Part shown: positions 31,790 through 42,145 of the stretch, piece by piece
How positions within the stretch are numbered: the first letter of the stretch is position 1
Layout: the number at the start of each line of letters is the position of its first letter
DNA from: Syntrophobacterales bacterium
Lineage (GTDB): Bacteria > Desulfobacterota > Desulfobaccia > Desulfobaccales > 0-14-0-80-60-11
Direction: 5' to 3'
DNA: 64,000 bases
Assembly (NCBI GenBank): GCA_037388025.1
Contig: JARRKO010000011.1
Coordinates: forward strand, 861 to 64,860
The notes under the pieces: model-generated
Databases searched by the model: none
The model's input: the letters and a program-made list of their open reading frames with translations, nothing else
Told to the model about the DNA's origin: nothing
Program-made: the position numbers and the translations under genes

Positions 31790-32902
31790 TTACCGGTCAA
31801 TTTCCGGCACCACCACGTCGATGGAGCCGAGGATGGCCACCAAATCCGCCACCAGGGTATCCACGGCGATTTCCGGGAGAATACTCAAGTTGCCGAAAGA
31901 GGGTACCCGGAGCTTGATGCGATAGGGTTTGGGGTCGCCTTCGCTGACAACGAAGCAGCCGAATTCTCCCCGGGCCGACTCCACTGCCATATAAACTTCC
32001 CCCGCCGCGGGCTTGATGCGCTTGGGCACCTTTTCCGCCATGATGGGCCCGTTGGGAATTTTATCCAGGGCCTGCTCAATGATACGCAGACTTTGCTCCA
32101 TCTCCCGGAAGCGCACCAGGTAGCGGTCCATGACGTCGCCCCGCTCGCCGATGGGAATTTCGAAATCGAAGCGGGGATAGACCGAGTAGGGTTCGCTCCG
32201 GCGGATATCATAGGGGAGGCCGCTGCCCCGTACCATGGGTCCGGTAAGGCCGTATTTGATGCACTGTTCCTGGGTGATGAGGCCGACGTCCCGGGTGCGA
32301 TGGATAAAGATGACATTTTTGGTCACCAGGTTGTCGTAATCCACCCAGCGGCTGCGCAGGCGCTTGATGAACTTGCGGCAGCCTTCGGTGAAATCGTCAT
32401 CGATGTCCACCGGCACGCCGCCGAAGCGATAGAAGCAGTAAGTCAGGCGGGAGCCGGTAAGGTAGTCCAGGAGGTCCAGGGCGTTTTCCCGATCATCAAA
32501 GCTGTACAGGATGGGCGTGAACGCGCCCAAGTCCAGGAGGTAAGCCCCCAACCATAGTAGATGACTGGTGATGCGGTTCAGCTCGGCGGTAATGACCCGG
32601 ACGAACTCGCCCCGTTCCGGCACCTCAAGCCCGATGAGCTTTTCCACCGCCATGCAATAACCGTGGTTGTAAGCCAGGGCGTGGAGGTAGTCCACCCGGC
32701 CCATATTGGGCAGGAACTGGGGGTAGGTGCGGTTTTCCGCCATGTGTTCGTGGCCCCGGTGGCCGTAACCGATGTCCGGGTCCGCCTTGGTGATGAATTC
32801 GCCCTCCATCTCGAGCTCCACCCGGAGCACCCCGTGGGTACTGGGATGCTGGGGGCCCAGATTGAGGACGTAGGTTTTTTCTTCTAATCCACGCTCAAGC
32901 AT
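31790..32902 (-). CDS. nuoD: NADH-quinone oxidoreductase-like subunit D
   Basis: LNLGPQHPSTHGVLR, ESARGE and C-terminal EIDR; no NiFe CxxC motifs. Confidence 0.96.
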   Translation of the reverse strand: MLERGLEEKTYVLNLGPQHPSTHGVLRVELEMEGEFITKADPDIGYGHRGHEHMAENRTYPQFLPNMGRVDYLHALAYNHGYCMAVEKLIGLEVPERGEFVRVITAELNRITSHLLWLGAYLLDLGAFTPILYSFDDRENALDLLDYLTGSRLTYCFYRFGGVPVDIDDDFTEGCRKFIKRLRSRWVDYDNLVTKNVIFIHRTRDVGLITQEQCIKYGLTGPMVRGSGLPYDIRRSEPYSVYPRFDFEIPIGERGDVMDRYLVRFREMEQSLRIIEQALDKIPNGPIMAEKVPKRIKPAAGEVYMAVESARGEFGCFVVSEGDPKPYRIKLRVPSFGNLSILPEIAVDTLVADLVAILGSIDVVVPEIDR

Positions 32903-33341
32903 CGGCCGAACTCGCTTCAAATTTTTTCAGCAAGGGGTGAAAATCGGCTTCAAAGGGCAGGAGAATACGCCGCAGATCGGGATGGTCGGCGAAGCGGATC
33001 CCGTAAAGGTCATAGGCTTCCCGCTCGTACCAGTTGGCCCCGGGGTAAATGTGGCTGATGGTGGGGGCCTCCTGGTCCAGGGGCACCCTGACGTGCACCG
33101 CGGTGCGGCACAATTCTCCAAAATTGTTGAAGTGGTACACCAGGGTGAAATGCTCCGGATAGTGCAACCCGGTGAGGGACTCCAGGAAGCAACCCAGGGA
33201 CAGCATGGTCTTGGCCACCTCCGGCATCTGCTCCGGGGCGGCGGTTACTTCCAGATGATAGCCGGTTTTGGCGTAGTCGCCTGACTCCACCTGCTCCAGA
33301 TTCAAGGGCGCCAGGGCTTTGTGGATACTATCCCGTAACAT
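32895..33341 (-). CDS. nuoC: NADH-quinone oxidoreductase-like subunit C
   Basis: [24 protein letters not shown] and HPLLK motifs. Confidence 0.94.
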   Translation of the reverse strand: MLRDSIHKALAPLNLEQVESGDYAKTGYHLEVTAAPEQMPEVAKTMLSLGCFLESLTGLHYPEHFTLVYHFNNFGELCRTAVHVRVPLDQEAPTISHIYPGANWYEREAYDLYGIRFADHPDLRRILLPFEADFHPLLKKFEASSADA

Positions 33342-33849
33342 CTCTGAACTTCCTCAAGCGGCCCCGCTGGGTGATTTTCTCTTCCAGGACGAGAATCCCT
33401 TCGATCAAGCCCTCGGGGCGCGGGGGGCATCCCGGCACATAGACATCCACCGGAATGATAAGGTCGGCTCCGGGGATGATGGCGTACTGGTCAGGATAAT
33501 AGAACGGTCCGCCGGAAATGGCGCAGTTGCCCATGGCGATGACCCATTTGGGGGCCGGCATCTGCTCCCACAGGCGGACCACCGCGGGGCCCATCTTCTT
33601 GGAGATGGTGCCGGCCACGATCATGAGGTCGCACTGCCGGGGAGAGGGCCGAAAGACCCCGGCGCCGAAACGGTCCAGGTCAAACCTGGCCATGCCGGTA
33701 GCCATCATTTCAATGGCGCAACAGGCCAGACCAAAGGTCATGGGCCACAAAGAATTGGCCCGGGCCAGATTCAAGGCCTCCTCCACGAGGCCGATGTGAA
33801 CTAGAGGCGCTCCGGTTTTCTTTTCCAAGTGAAAACCCCCCTGCACCAC
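33328..33849 (-). CDS. nuoB: NADH-quinone oxidoreductase-like subunit B (true start possibly TTG near 33828)
   Basis: [17 protein letters not shown] and [10 protein letters not shown] motifs. Confidence 0.96.
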   Translation of the reverse strand: MVQGGFHLEKKTGAPLVHIGLVEEALNLARANSLWPMTFGLACCAIEMMATGMARFDLDRFGAGVFRPSPRQCDLMIVAGTISKKMGPAVVRLWEQMPAPKWVIAMGNCAISGGPFYYPDQYAIIPGADLIIPVDVYVPGCPPRPEGLIEGILVLEEKITQRGRLRKFRDVTG

Positions 33850-34193
33850 GCATAGACAATCACCATAGAGAGAATGCCGATGAAGATGCTGATTTCAATG
33901 AAGTCCCGCCAGATATACCCCTTGCCATAGGCCAGCAGTACCGGGAAAAGGAAGAGCACGTCCACGTCAAAGGCCAGAAACAACAAGGCGAAGAGGTAGT
34001 AAATGACAGCTACCTGAATCCAGGCGCTCCCCAGGATGGGCATGCCGCATTCGTAGGTTTCGTCCCGGGCGGCGCCAAAGCTGCGAGGTGCAATGAAATA
34101 CGCGAGGATGAGCGGTCCCACGGCAAACAGGGCCGCAAACACGAAAAACACCAGCACATAAGTGAAGTCGGTCAAGGCCGCAGGGATTTCCAA
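33801..34193 (-). CDS. nuoA: NADH-quinone oxidoreductase-like subunit A
   Basis: TYECG and [20 protein letters not shown] motifs; TTG start at 34193 after AAGGAG. Confidence 0.93.
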   Translation of the reverse strand: MEIPAALTDFTYVLVFFVFAALFAVGPLILAYFIAPRSFGAARDETYECGMPILGSAWIQVAVIYYLFALLFLAFDVDVLFLFPVLLAYGKGYIWRDFIEISIFIGILSMVIVYAWCRGVFTWKRKPERL

Positions 34194-34233
34194 AGGTGGA
34201 CTCCTTGTGCTTTTCGGTACAAATACTCGAAGT

Positions 34234-34263
34234 TTTATACCCCACGGGTTCAAGGAGAGTCAA
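34234..34263 (-). promoter_or_regulatory. Putative sigma-70 promoter of the nuo operon
   Basis: Minus strand TTGACT-N18-TATAAA upstream of the nuoA ribosome-binding site. Confidence 0.45.
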
Positions 34264-34383
34264 GTCTTTTTTCCGAAAAATCTCCTTGCCCGGGCGGACG
34301 GGGTGGGGTATGAGGAGAGTGAGGGGAAGTTTACCGAACCCCAGCTGTTCAAATTAAGACAAACATCTTACGGATAATACCAG

Positions 34384-35124
34384 ATGCCACAGTGGGGAGA
34401 CCTGCGTATGCCGGAGTTTGAGGCCTGGTGCGGCAAGCACCGCACCATTCTCCTGCCGGTGGGCTCTCTGGAAGAACACGGGCCGCACCTGCCCCTGGGG
34501 ACCGACACCTTTCACGCTCTAGAGGTAGCCCGCCGAGCCGCGGGGTTGCGGCCGGTCCTGGTGGCCCCACCCCTGTTTTACGGCTTGTGCCGTTCCACCC
34601 GGGAACACCCTGGCACGATTTCCATCTCCGGAGACACCTTGCGGGCCCTGGTAACGGAGCTGGGGCGGGAGTTTTACCGCCACGGCCTACACAATCTAGT
34701 GATCATGAGCGGCCACGCCGGGGGAACCCACATGGCGGCCCTGGTGGAGGCCGGGGAGACCCTGTTAGCCGAGTTGCCGGAATTGCAGGTGGCGGTAGTC
34801 AACCTGTTGGAGGTGCTCCGGGAAGTGCTGGCGGCCCGGCCGGACCTGGTGCGGACCAGGGGCGACTCCCACGCCGGCGAGGTGGAAACGGCCTTAATGC
34901 TGGCAGCCTATCCCCATCTGGTGTCCGGCACCGCGCCGGCGGAGTGGCCCAGTTTTCCCAAATACGTGCTGGTGCGGGACAAACGCCGATACTGGCCGGG
35001 AGGAGTGTGGGGCGATCCGGGTGCGGCCACCGCCACCCAGGGGGAAGCTATCCTCCAAGCCGAGGCGGAACGCCTGGTTGAGATCCTCGATTTTTTATCA
35101 CAAAGGGACGAAAGTTTTCCTTGA
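34384..35124 (+). CDS. Creatininase-family amidohydrolase
   Basis: LPVGSLEEHGPHLPLGTD, GHAGG and HAGEVET motifs. Confidence 0.92.
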   Translation: MPQWGDLRMPEFEAWCGKHRTILLPVGSLEEHGPHLPLGTDTFHALEVARRAAGLRPVLVAPPLFYGLCRSTREHPGTISISGDTLRALVTELGREFYRHGLHNLVIMSGHAGGTHMAALVEAGETLLAELPELQVAVVNLLEVLREVLAARPDLVRTRGDSHAGEVETALMLAAYPHLVSGTAPAEWPSFPKYVLVRDKRRYWPGGVWGDPGAATATQGEAILQAEAERLVEILDFLSQRDESFP

Positions 35125-35195
35125 CATGTTTTCCATTATATAGAAATATTAATAGACGTTAGAAACTTTCGCGTGAAAGGTGTGTCTCGCCTCCT

Positions 35196-35447
35196 ATGAT
35201 CCCCGAAGCCCTTGAAAAAATTGCAGATAACGTATTAGCTTTGGATGAATCAGACTTGACCATCCTTCTTGACCATTACAAAAACCGCATGTCCCAGGGT
35301 GAACCCACCCGGGCCTGGGAACGATCGGTGATTGCGTATTTTCTTCTGAACGGCATCCGAATCAAAAACACCCTCAAGCAGGGTAAGTTGCGACGACAAG
35401 ACCCGACTCCGCAAAAGACTTCGCATCTCTGCCTGGTCAAGGCCTGA
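35196..35447 (+). CDS. Small hypothetical protein
   Basis: 83-aa helical ORF with AT-rich upstream region; ends HLCLVKA. Confidence 0.7.
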   Translation: MIPEALEKIADNVLALDESDLTILLDHYKNRMSQGEPTRAWERSVIAYFLLNGIRIKNTLKQGKLRRQDPTPQKTSHLCLVKA

Positions 35448-35870
35448 GACATCACGAAGCGACAGCCAATTTATTCCCTCCCAGCGGCGCCGCCGTTGAC
35501 AGTGGCGTATTCCCTAATTTTGCGCAGTACCCGCAGTATCCGGTAGTTTTTCTTAATACCAACCACTGATAGTGGTCGGTGCCCACCCTCCATTACGTCG
35601 GCCTTACACTTGTTTCACTTCGTCTTGTTGACCTAAAGGGAGCGTTCCGGAAATTTGGAAGTGAGATTCTCGGCGCCATTTCCCCCCTTTAGAAAAGGGG
35701 GACTTCAAAAAGGTGTTTCTGAAGCGCAACGCTTATCATGTTTGTTGCAATATGCAACGTTTTATGGGTTTGGATGCTCTCGTTTTACCGGCCGTTTTTT
35801 GTTGATTGGGGAGGGGGTGCCTTCTTTATCAAGTTGGAGAGGCGGATTTGCCACTCTTTCGCTGACGGCC

Positions 35871-37208
35871 TCAGCCGGAACCCCGGCGGGAGCGTTTTTT
35901 GAGAAAAAGACGTATGGGGGCCAGATTCAGGTTCAGGCCTTGGCGGAGTTCTTTGACCAGGTAACGACGGTAGGAATCCGGCACCCCTTCCGGATGATTC
36001 ACAAAGGCGATGAAGGTGGGGGGGTGGGTCTCGGGCTGGGTAAGATAGTAAAATTTGATGGGCCGGTAACGGAAAAGGGGAGGGCGAACCCGTTGGGTAA
36101 TGAGGGCAAACAGCTGATTGAGCTCCCCGGTCCCCACTCGGCGTCCCAGCTGTTGATAAACTTCGTCAATCAGGGGAAAGATTCGTTTCAGGTTATGACC
36201 GGTGAGAACCGAAAGGGACACCTTGGGGGCATAAGGCAGGAAATTCAGAACCTCTTTGACCTTCTCCAGGGCCGCGGCCCGCACTTCCCGGGGCACCAGA
36301 TCCCACTTGTTTAAGCCCACCACACAACCCTTGCCCTCCTCGGCGATGAGATTGGCGATGCGCATATCCTGGCTGGTAACTCCCTCCTGGGGGTCCAACA
36401 GGAGGAGGGCCACATCGCAGCGCTCCAAGGCCTTGAGGGCTTTCAGGACCGTGTATTTTTCCAGGCCCGGGGCCACATGGCTGGGGCGCCGCAGACCGGC
36501 GGTGTCAATGAGCACATAGTCCGTGCCCTGGAAGGTTACGGGAGTGTCGATGACGTCCCGGGTAGTGCCGGGACGGTCGCTGACGATGAGGCGTTCTTCC
36601 CCCACGACCCGGTTAATAAAGGAGGATTTCCCCACGTTGGGCCGTCCCACCACCGCCACCCGAATGCCTGGAGTTTCTGCCGGGATTTCCCGGTGTTCCG
36701 GCAAGGCCTCCAGCAAATCTTCCAGCAGGGGAGAGAGCCCCAGTTTGTGGACCGCGGACACGGGATAGAGGGGAGACAGGCCGAAGCGGTAGAAATCGGG
36801 GAGCTCTTCTTCTCGGCCGGGATGGTCAATTTTATTGACCACCAGGAACAGGGGCTTGCCGGTGGTGCGCAGGTAATCCACCACCTCGGCATCCCCGGCC
36901 TGGGGGCCTTCTTTGCCATCCATGACCAAAAGGATGGCGTCGGCTTCGGCCACCGCGGCTTCGGCCTGGCGCCGCACCAGAAGGCCCAGCTCGTCTTCCG
37001 CACCTACCAGGCCGCCGGTGTCCACCAGGAGAAAGGCGCGCCCGCCTAAAACTACCCGGCCGAAGTGGCGGTCCCGGGTGACCCCCGGGATGCCCCCCAC
37101 CAGGGCCTGGGTGGAGCGGGTCAGGGTGTTGAACAGCGTGGATTTACCCACGTTGGCCCGGCCGATGATGGCCACCAGGGCGTGAGCGACCGGGTCAGAA
37201 GCGGGCAT
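35871..37208 (-). CDS. der: Ribosome biogenesis GTPase Der (EngA)
   Basis: Two GxxNVGKS P-loops, DTGG/DTAG, NKID/NKWD and KH-like C-terminus. Confidence 0.97.
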   Translation of the reverse strand: MPASDPVAHALVAIIGRANVGKSTLFNTLTRSTQALVGGIPGVTRDRHFGRVVLGGRAFLLVDTGGLVGAEDELGLLVRRQAEAAVAEADAILLVMDGKEGPQAGDAEVVDYLRTTGKPLFLVVNKIDHPGREEELPDFYRFGLSPLYPVSAVHKLGLSPLLEDLLEALPEHREIPAETPGIRVAVVGRPNVGKSSFINRVVGEERLIVSDRPGTTRDVIDTPVTFQGTDYVLIDTAGLRRPSHVAPGLEKYTVLKALKALERCDVALLLLDPQEGVTSQDMRIANLIAEEGKGCVVGLNKWDLVPREVRAAALEKVKEVLNFLPYAPKVSLSVLTGHNLKRIFPLIDEVYQQLGRRVGTGELNQLFALITQRVRPPLFRYRPIKFYYLTQPETHPPTFIAFVNHPEGVPDSYRRYLVKELRQGLNLNLAPIRLFLKKRSRRGSG

Positions 37209-37214
37209 AAGAAA

Positions 37215-38606
37215 TCAGGGGGAGGGCTTTTGAGCCAACTCCTTGGGGGGCCAGTGGCGTAAAATCTCCACGGCCTTTTTCAGCACCGGATCCTGCTTCA
37301 AGTCCTTGTCGGTGAGGGGCTTGTTCCAGGCTTTGTCGGTGATGCCTTCGCCCCGCATATGACGGTCCAGGGCTTCATCACGGAGTTCCTCCGCGGTCTT
37401 GTTTTTGACGAGTTCAGTATCCTTGACCTCAATATCCGGGATGATGCCTTTTTCGTGGATGGTTTTGCCGCTGGGAGTGTAATACAGGGCCGTGGTCAGG
37501 CGCAGCGCGGAGCCGTCCATCAGGGGAATGATGGTTTGCACCGAGCCCTTGCCAAAGCTCTTGGTGCCGGCCACGACGGCCCGATGCTGGTCTTTGAGCG
37601 CGCCGGCCACGATTTCGGAGGCGGAGGCGCTGCCCTCGTTAATGAGGACGATTATGGGAAGATTCTCCCGCTCGCCGGGTTGTCCGGCCCGGGCATTGAA
37701 CCGCATTTTCTGACGGGCGTCCCGGCCTTCGGTCTTAACGATGAGACCGTGGCTCAGGAACTCATCTGACACCATAACCGCCTGATCCAGCAAACCGCCG
37801 GGGTCATTGCGCAGATCTAGAACGAGGCCTTTGAAAGGAGTTTGGATCTGACGCATTTTTTGCAGGAAATTGCGCAGATCCCGGTCCGTTTGGTCCTGAA
37901 AGTTGGCTATGCGGATATAGCCATATCCGCCCTCGATGAGTCGGGCTTTGACACTGCGGATGGGGATAATATCACGGACGATGGAAAAGTCTTTGGGCTT
38001 GGTGAATTCCTGGCGGTTGATGGTCAGGGTGACCCGGGAGCCCTTGGGTCCGCGAATCTTCCGCACCGCGTCCGTGAGGGAGATATTCTTAGTGGGGGTG
38101 CCATCCACTTTAATAATCTGGTCACCGGCTTTGAGGCCGGCCCGGAAGGCCGGGGTACCCTCGATGGGGGAAACTACCGTCAGGATCCGGTGTTGTAAGG
38201 TAATTTCAATGCCAATGCCGCTGAACTTGCCCTTGGTTTCGACCTGGAGTTCCTTAAAGTCTTCCGGAGTCATAAAGGATGAATGGGGATCGAGGGTGCC
38301 CACGGCCCCTTGAATGGCCCCGTAAACCAGGTCCTTGATGGTTTTGGGTTCCACATACTGTTGCCCCACGACGTCCAGAGCCTGGGCAAAGACCTTTAAC
38401 TGGTCGTCCGTGATGGAAAGCGGCTGTTTGGCAAGCAGACTGCTTTTAGTACCCTGGGGAGTGGGCGCCGCGGTGGCGGTGAGGAGAGTAGGCACCGTGA
38501 ACAGACCCCAGAAAAACAGGCCCACTAGGGCGAGCATCGCCAGGTTCTTTATTCCCCAGGGCGCTCCGAGAATTCTCTTTTGGGATAAACGATGATGCTT
38601 GGACAT
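37215..38606 (-). CDS. Carboxyl-terminal processing protease (S41A, CtpA-like), catalytically intact
   Basis: LDPHS, PDZ domain (GIGIEI), LDLRNDPGG, GSASASEIVAG (Ser) and SFGKGSVQ (Lys). Confidence 0.93.
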   Translation of the reverse strand: MSKHHRLSQKRILGAPWGIKNLAMLALVGLFFWGLFTVPTLLTATAAPTPQGTKSSLLAKQPLSITDDQLKVFAQALDVVGQQYVEPKTIKDLVYGAIQGAVGTLDPHSSFMTPEDFKELQVETKGKFSGIGIEITLQHRILTVVSPIEGTPAFRAGLKAGDQIIKVDGTPTKNISLTDAVRKIRGPKGSRVTLTINRQEFTKPKDFSIVRDIIPIRSVKARLIEGGYGYIRIANFQDQTDRDLRNFLQKMRQIQTPFKGLVLDLRNDPGGLLDQAVMVSDEFLSHGLIVKTEGRDARQKMRFNARAGQPGERENLPIIVLINEGSASASEIVAGALKDQHRAVVAGTKSFGKGSVQTIIPLMDGSALRLTTALYYTPSGKTIHEKGIIPDIEVKDTELVKNKTAEELRDEALDRHMRGEGITDKAWNKPLTDKDLKQDPVLKKAVEILRHWPPKELAQKPSP

Positions 38607-38708
38607 AATTTTCAACTCACTGGCCCCCGGGCCACACCCCGGAGTTGGCTATTAAAGGTAGAGGGCCCGACTTCTTTCTTGAGCCCGATTTTTTCTTAAA
38701 AACGAGGT

Positions 38709-39920
38709 TCAGGACGCGGGACCTTGTTTGACTAAACGGGAAACATTGCCCTTTTTAAGGATCTCCACGGCTTGTTTCACCCAGGGGTCATTCTCCGGCT
38801 CCGGAGCCGGGGAAGTCAGATGCTTGACGGTCTCGGGTGGTTTTTTCCCCTCCACGTCCGGTTTGAGTCCTTCACCTGAAATTTTTCGACCCCCGGGAGT
38901 ATAACAATTAGCCACGGTCATCAGCAAGGCGGACCCATCCTGCAGGGGCATCACCTGGGTGATGCCGCAGAGACCGAAGGTTTTCTCACCCAGCAGGAGA
39001 CCCTGGGATTGGTCATGCAAAGCCCCGGCGAGAATCTCCGCGGCGCGGGCCGTACTCTCGCCCACCAGCACCACCATGGGGAGGGGCGCCTTGAGCACCT
39101 GCTCCCGCTCAGAACCCTGATAAGACTGTTCAGAACCCTGCCCCCGACCCCGGGTGCTGACCACTTTCCGGTCCCCGATAAACAGGGAAGCGGTGCGCAC
39201 CGCATTTTCCAGAGAACCCCGGGCGTTGTTGCGCAAATCCAAAATTATCCCCTTGACCGGGGGAGTTTGGTTATTAAGTTGGGTTAACTTTTTGGCGAGG
39301 TCCTTGGGGAGATCATCGGTGAAATAAGGCAGGCGCAAGTAAACATAGCCGTCCTGTAGTTTTTTCACCTTGATTTTGGCCGGGCCCAGGGGTTCGAGGG
39401 TGACGCTCAGGTCCAAAGGCTTGACCAAACCGCTGCGCAGCACCTGCAATTTCAAGGTTTTGCCGGCCGGACCCTGAAAGTACCGCACCCCCTCCTGGGT
39501 GGTGATGTTGCGGATAAGCTGGCCGTCGATTTTGAGGATGTGATCCCCGGCTTTCAGGCCGGCTTTGTCCGCGGGACCCCCGTCCAGGACCGACACCGCG
39601 GTGAGCAGGTTGTCTTTGAAGACCAGCTCCATGCCGGCTTCCGCCTCAGACCCCTGGTCGCCTTTTTGGTAGCGGGCGAATTCCTGGGGGGAGAGGTAGG
39701 AGGAATCAGGGTCCAGGGAGTTCATCAGGCCCCGCAGGGACCCCTCAAAGATCTCCTTGTCGTTGGTTTGGGCTACGGCTTTCTGGGAAATCTCATCCAG
39801 GGCCTCGGTAAACAGGCGCAAGGCCTCATAATCAGAGGTGGAGTCAGCCGCCAGCCAGGCTGTCAGGCAGCCCACCACAATGAGGATCGTGCCGATCCCC
39901 AGAGCTAGTTTTTTATACAT
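38709..39920 (-). CDS. S41A CtpA-like paralog with substituted catalytic dyad (pseudoprotease)
   Basis: LDPDS, PDZ domain and LDLRNNARG are kept, but it reads STARAAEILAG and TFGLCGI. Confidence 0.88.
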   Translation of the reverse strand: MYKKLALGIGTILIVVGCLTAWLAADSTSDYEALRLFTEALDEISQKAVAQTNDKEIFEGSLRGLMNSLDPDSSYLSPQEFARYQKGDQGSEAEAGMELVFKDNLLTAVSVLDGGPADKAGLKAGDHILKIDGQLIRNITTQEGVRYFQGPAGKTLKLQVLRSGLVKPLDLSVTLEPLGPAKIKVKKLQDGYVYLRLPYFTDDLPKDLAKKLTQLNNQTPPVKGIILDLRNNARGSLENAVRTASLFIGDRKVVSTRGRGQGSEQSYQGSEREQVLKAPLPMVVLVGESTARAAEILAGALHDQSQGLLLGEKTFGLCGITQVMPLQDGSALLMTVANCYTPGGRKISGEGLKPDVEGKKPPETVKHLTSPAPEPENDPWVKQAVEILKKGNVSRLVKQGPAS

Positions 39921-39993
39921 GCCATGCTGAAAAAATTTCAAAGTATTACCGCTCCGTGTTCTCAATGGTTTGACTTGAAAAGGCCCCAAGATG

Positions 39994-40983
39994 TTAAGGC
40001 CTGGTTTTCCGGGTTATGACGGCCTTGGCCGCCCGGGCGATATCTTCGGGTGTTAGACCGAAATGTTTAAGCAGATCATCGGGCTTGCCCGACAGGCCGA
40101 AGGTGTCCCGGATGCCTACCCGGCGCAGGGGCGTCGGGCACATTTCTGACAATACCTCACTGACCGCGCTCCCCAGACCACCGGTGGCCACATGTTCTTC
40201 CGCGGTCACCAGACAGCCGGTGCGCCGGGCCGAGACCACCAGCAGCTCCCAATCCAGGGGCTTGAGGCAGGAGATATTGAGGACCCGGGCGGAATTCCCC
40301 TGTTTGGCCAGAAGATCGGCGGCGGCCAGACATTGATGCACCATGAGGCCGAGGCCCACCAGGGTGACGTCATCACCCTCCCGCAGGATATGGCCCCGCC
40401 CCAATTCAAAGGCATAGCCATTGTCATGAATCACGGGAAAGGGGATCCGGGAAGTGCGGATATACACCGGTCCTTCGTAGGTGACGGCCCAGCGCACCAT
40501 GGCCCGGGTCTCGGGCCCGTCGGCTGGCACCATCACAGCCATGTTGGGCAGAACCCGCATGAGGGCCAGGTCCTCGATGGCCTGGTGGGAGCCGCCGTCT
40601 TCGCCCACGGTAATCCCCCCATGGCTGGCCACAATCTTGACATTCAGGTTGCCGTAGGCGATGGTTTGGCGGATTTGTTCCCAGGCCCGGCCGGTGGCGA
40701 AGATGGCAAAGGTGCTGGCAAAGGGGACCATACCTCCGAGGGCCAGCCCCGCGGCGGTGCCCATCATGTCCTGCTCGGCGATGCCGACGTTAAAAAAACG
40801 GTCCTGAAAAACTTTGGCAAAGCGGGCAGTTTGGGTGGACCCGGAGAGATCGGCGTCCAACACCACGATTTCCGGATGTTCCTCGCCCAACTCGGCCAAA
40901 ACCTTACCGTATTCGACCCTGGTGCTTTCTTTGGCGGGGAAGGGCACAGTTTCAGGAAGGGAGCCCAATGAACATATCCTCAC
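39994..40983 (-). CDS. Transketolase, C-terminal (pyrimidine-binding) subunit
   Basis: LDADLSGST, GIAEQDM, GEDGGSHQAIED and AEEH motifs. Confidence 0.93.
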   Translation of the reverse strand: MRICSLGSLPETVPFPAKESTRVEYGKVLAELGEEHPEIVVLDADLSGSTQTARFAKVFQDRFFNVGIAEQDMMGTAAGLALGGMVPFASTFAIFATGRAWEQIRQTIAYGNLNVKIVASHGGITVGEDGGSHQAIEDLALMRVLPNMAVMVPADGPETRAMVRWAVTYEGPVYIRTSRIPFPVIHDNGYAFELGRGHILREGDDVTLVGLGLMVHQCLAAADLLAKQGNSARVLNISCLKPLDWELLVVSARRTGCLVTAEEHVATGGLGSAVSEVLSEMCPTPLRRVGIRDTFGLSGKPDDLLKHFGLTPEDIARAAKAVITRKTRP

Positions 40984-41807
40984 ACTGACTGAAGTTCTTT
41001 CACGGCCTGGTGATATTCCTCAGTGGAAGGGGTGACGCCGTGAAACTTGACCTGATCTTCAAAAATGGACACCCCTTTGCCTTTGGTGGTGTGGGCGATG
41101 ATGATGCTGGGGGAGCCCTTCACCGAACCGCAGGCCTGCAAGGCATCCAAAACGTCGGGAATAGAGTGGCCGTCCACCTGGGTCGTGTGCCAGCCGAAGG
41201 CCTCCCACTTGGCGGCCAGGGGTTCCACACTCATGACCTCCTTGGTGCGCCCGTCGATCTGCAGGCGGTTGCGGTCCAGGATGGCGGTCAGATTGTCCAG
41301 GGAATAGTGGGAGGCGGTCATGGCCGCTTCCCAGATCTGTCCTTCTTGAATTTCCCCGTCACCCAGGAGAGCATAGACCCGCTGACGGCCGTTTTTCAGT
41401 TTCAGAGCCAGGGCAAGGCCGTTGGCCACGGACAGGCCTTGGCCCAGGGAGCCCGTGGGCACCTCCACTCCGGGAGTGCATTTGGAGTCGGGGTGGCCCT
41501 GAAGGTTGCTGCCGAACTGACGTAGGGTGAGGAGCTCCTCCCGGGGAAAAAAGTCCAGGCGGGCCAAAATGGCATACAGGGCCGGGGCCGCGTGCCCTTT
41601 GGAGAGGACAAAGTAATCCCGGTCCGGGTAGCAGGCGTTACCGGGTTCCAGGTGCATGTGGCCGAAAAACAAGGCCACCAGCGCATCCGTGGCGGACAAC
41701 GACCCGCCGACGTGACCGGAGCCGGCCCGGTAGAGCATCTCCACGATATCCAGGCGGATTTCCCTGGCAATTTCTTTAAGACGGTTGGGATCGCGCATAG
41801 GGAGCAT
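40980..41807 (-). CDS. Transketolase, N-terminal (TPP-binding) subunit
   Basis: SGHVGGSLS, LSKGHAAP, TGSLGQG and GDGEIQEG motifs. Confidence 0.94.
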   Translation of the reverse strand: MLPMRDPNRLKEIAREIRLDIVEMLYRAGSGHVGGSLSATDALVALFFGHMHLEPGNACYPDRDYFVLSKGHAAPALYAILARLDFFPREELLTLRQFGSNLQGHPDSKCTPGVEVPTGSLGQGLSVANGLALALKLKNGRQRVYALLGDGEIQEGQIWEAAMTASHYSLDNLTAILDRNRLQIDGRTKEVMSVEPLAAKWEAFGWHTTQVDGHSIPDVLDALQACGSVKGSPSIIIAHTTKGKGVSIFEDQVKFHGVTPSTEEYHQAVKELQSV

Positions 41808-42145
41808 GGTTGTTAATCGATTCTATTGTTTAAGATAGTATAACCAGGAATTCAATATATTTTCAATCAGCTCTGCAAATTCGCTAAGGTTTAAGGTTCA
41901 AAGTTCTTGAAGGGCGCAAGCAAACTCCAGGTTGACAACCAGTTGAGCAATTTTTGAGAAAAAATTTTAGGCCTCGTTCCCGAGCTCGGCTAGGGAACGC
42001 AAATTTTGAGTCCAAACTCTGCTGGGGGACTTTGGAATAATCGGGTTCGGCTTCTGGATTTCTCTTGTGTTTCCTGGCGAGTGGCGGGTATATAATAACA
42101 GGTCAGGACCCCCGGACGGGGACTTTGGAGAAGAAAAGAGGAAGC

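Noticed and set aside
31790..32902. NuoD as a group 4 [NiFe]-hydrogenase large subunit
   Set aside because: No N- or C-terminal CxxC nickel ligands.
35655..36314. 219-aa plus-strand ORF overlapping der
   Set aside because: Mostly antisense to a confident gene, and its 5' part crosses a palindromic intergenic region.
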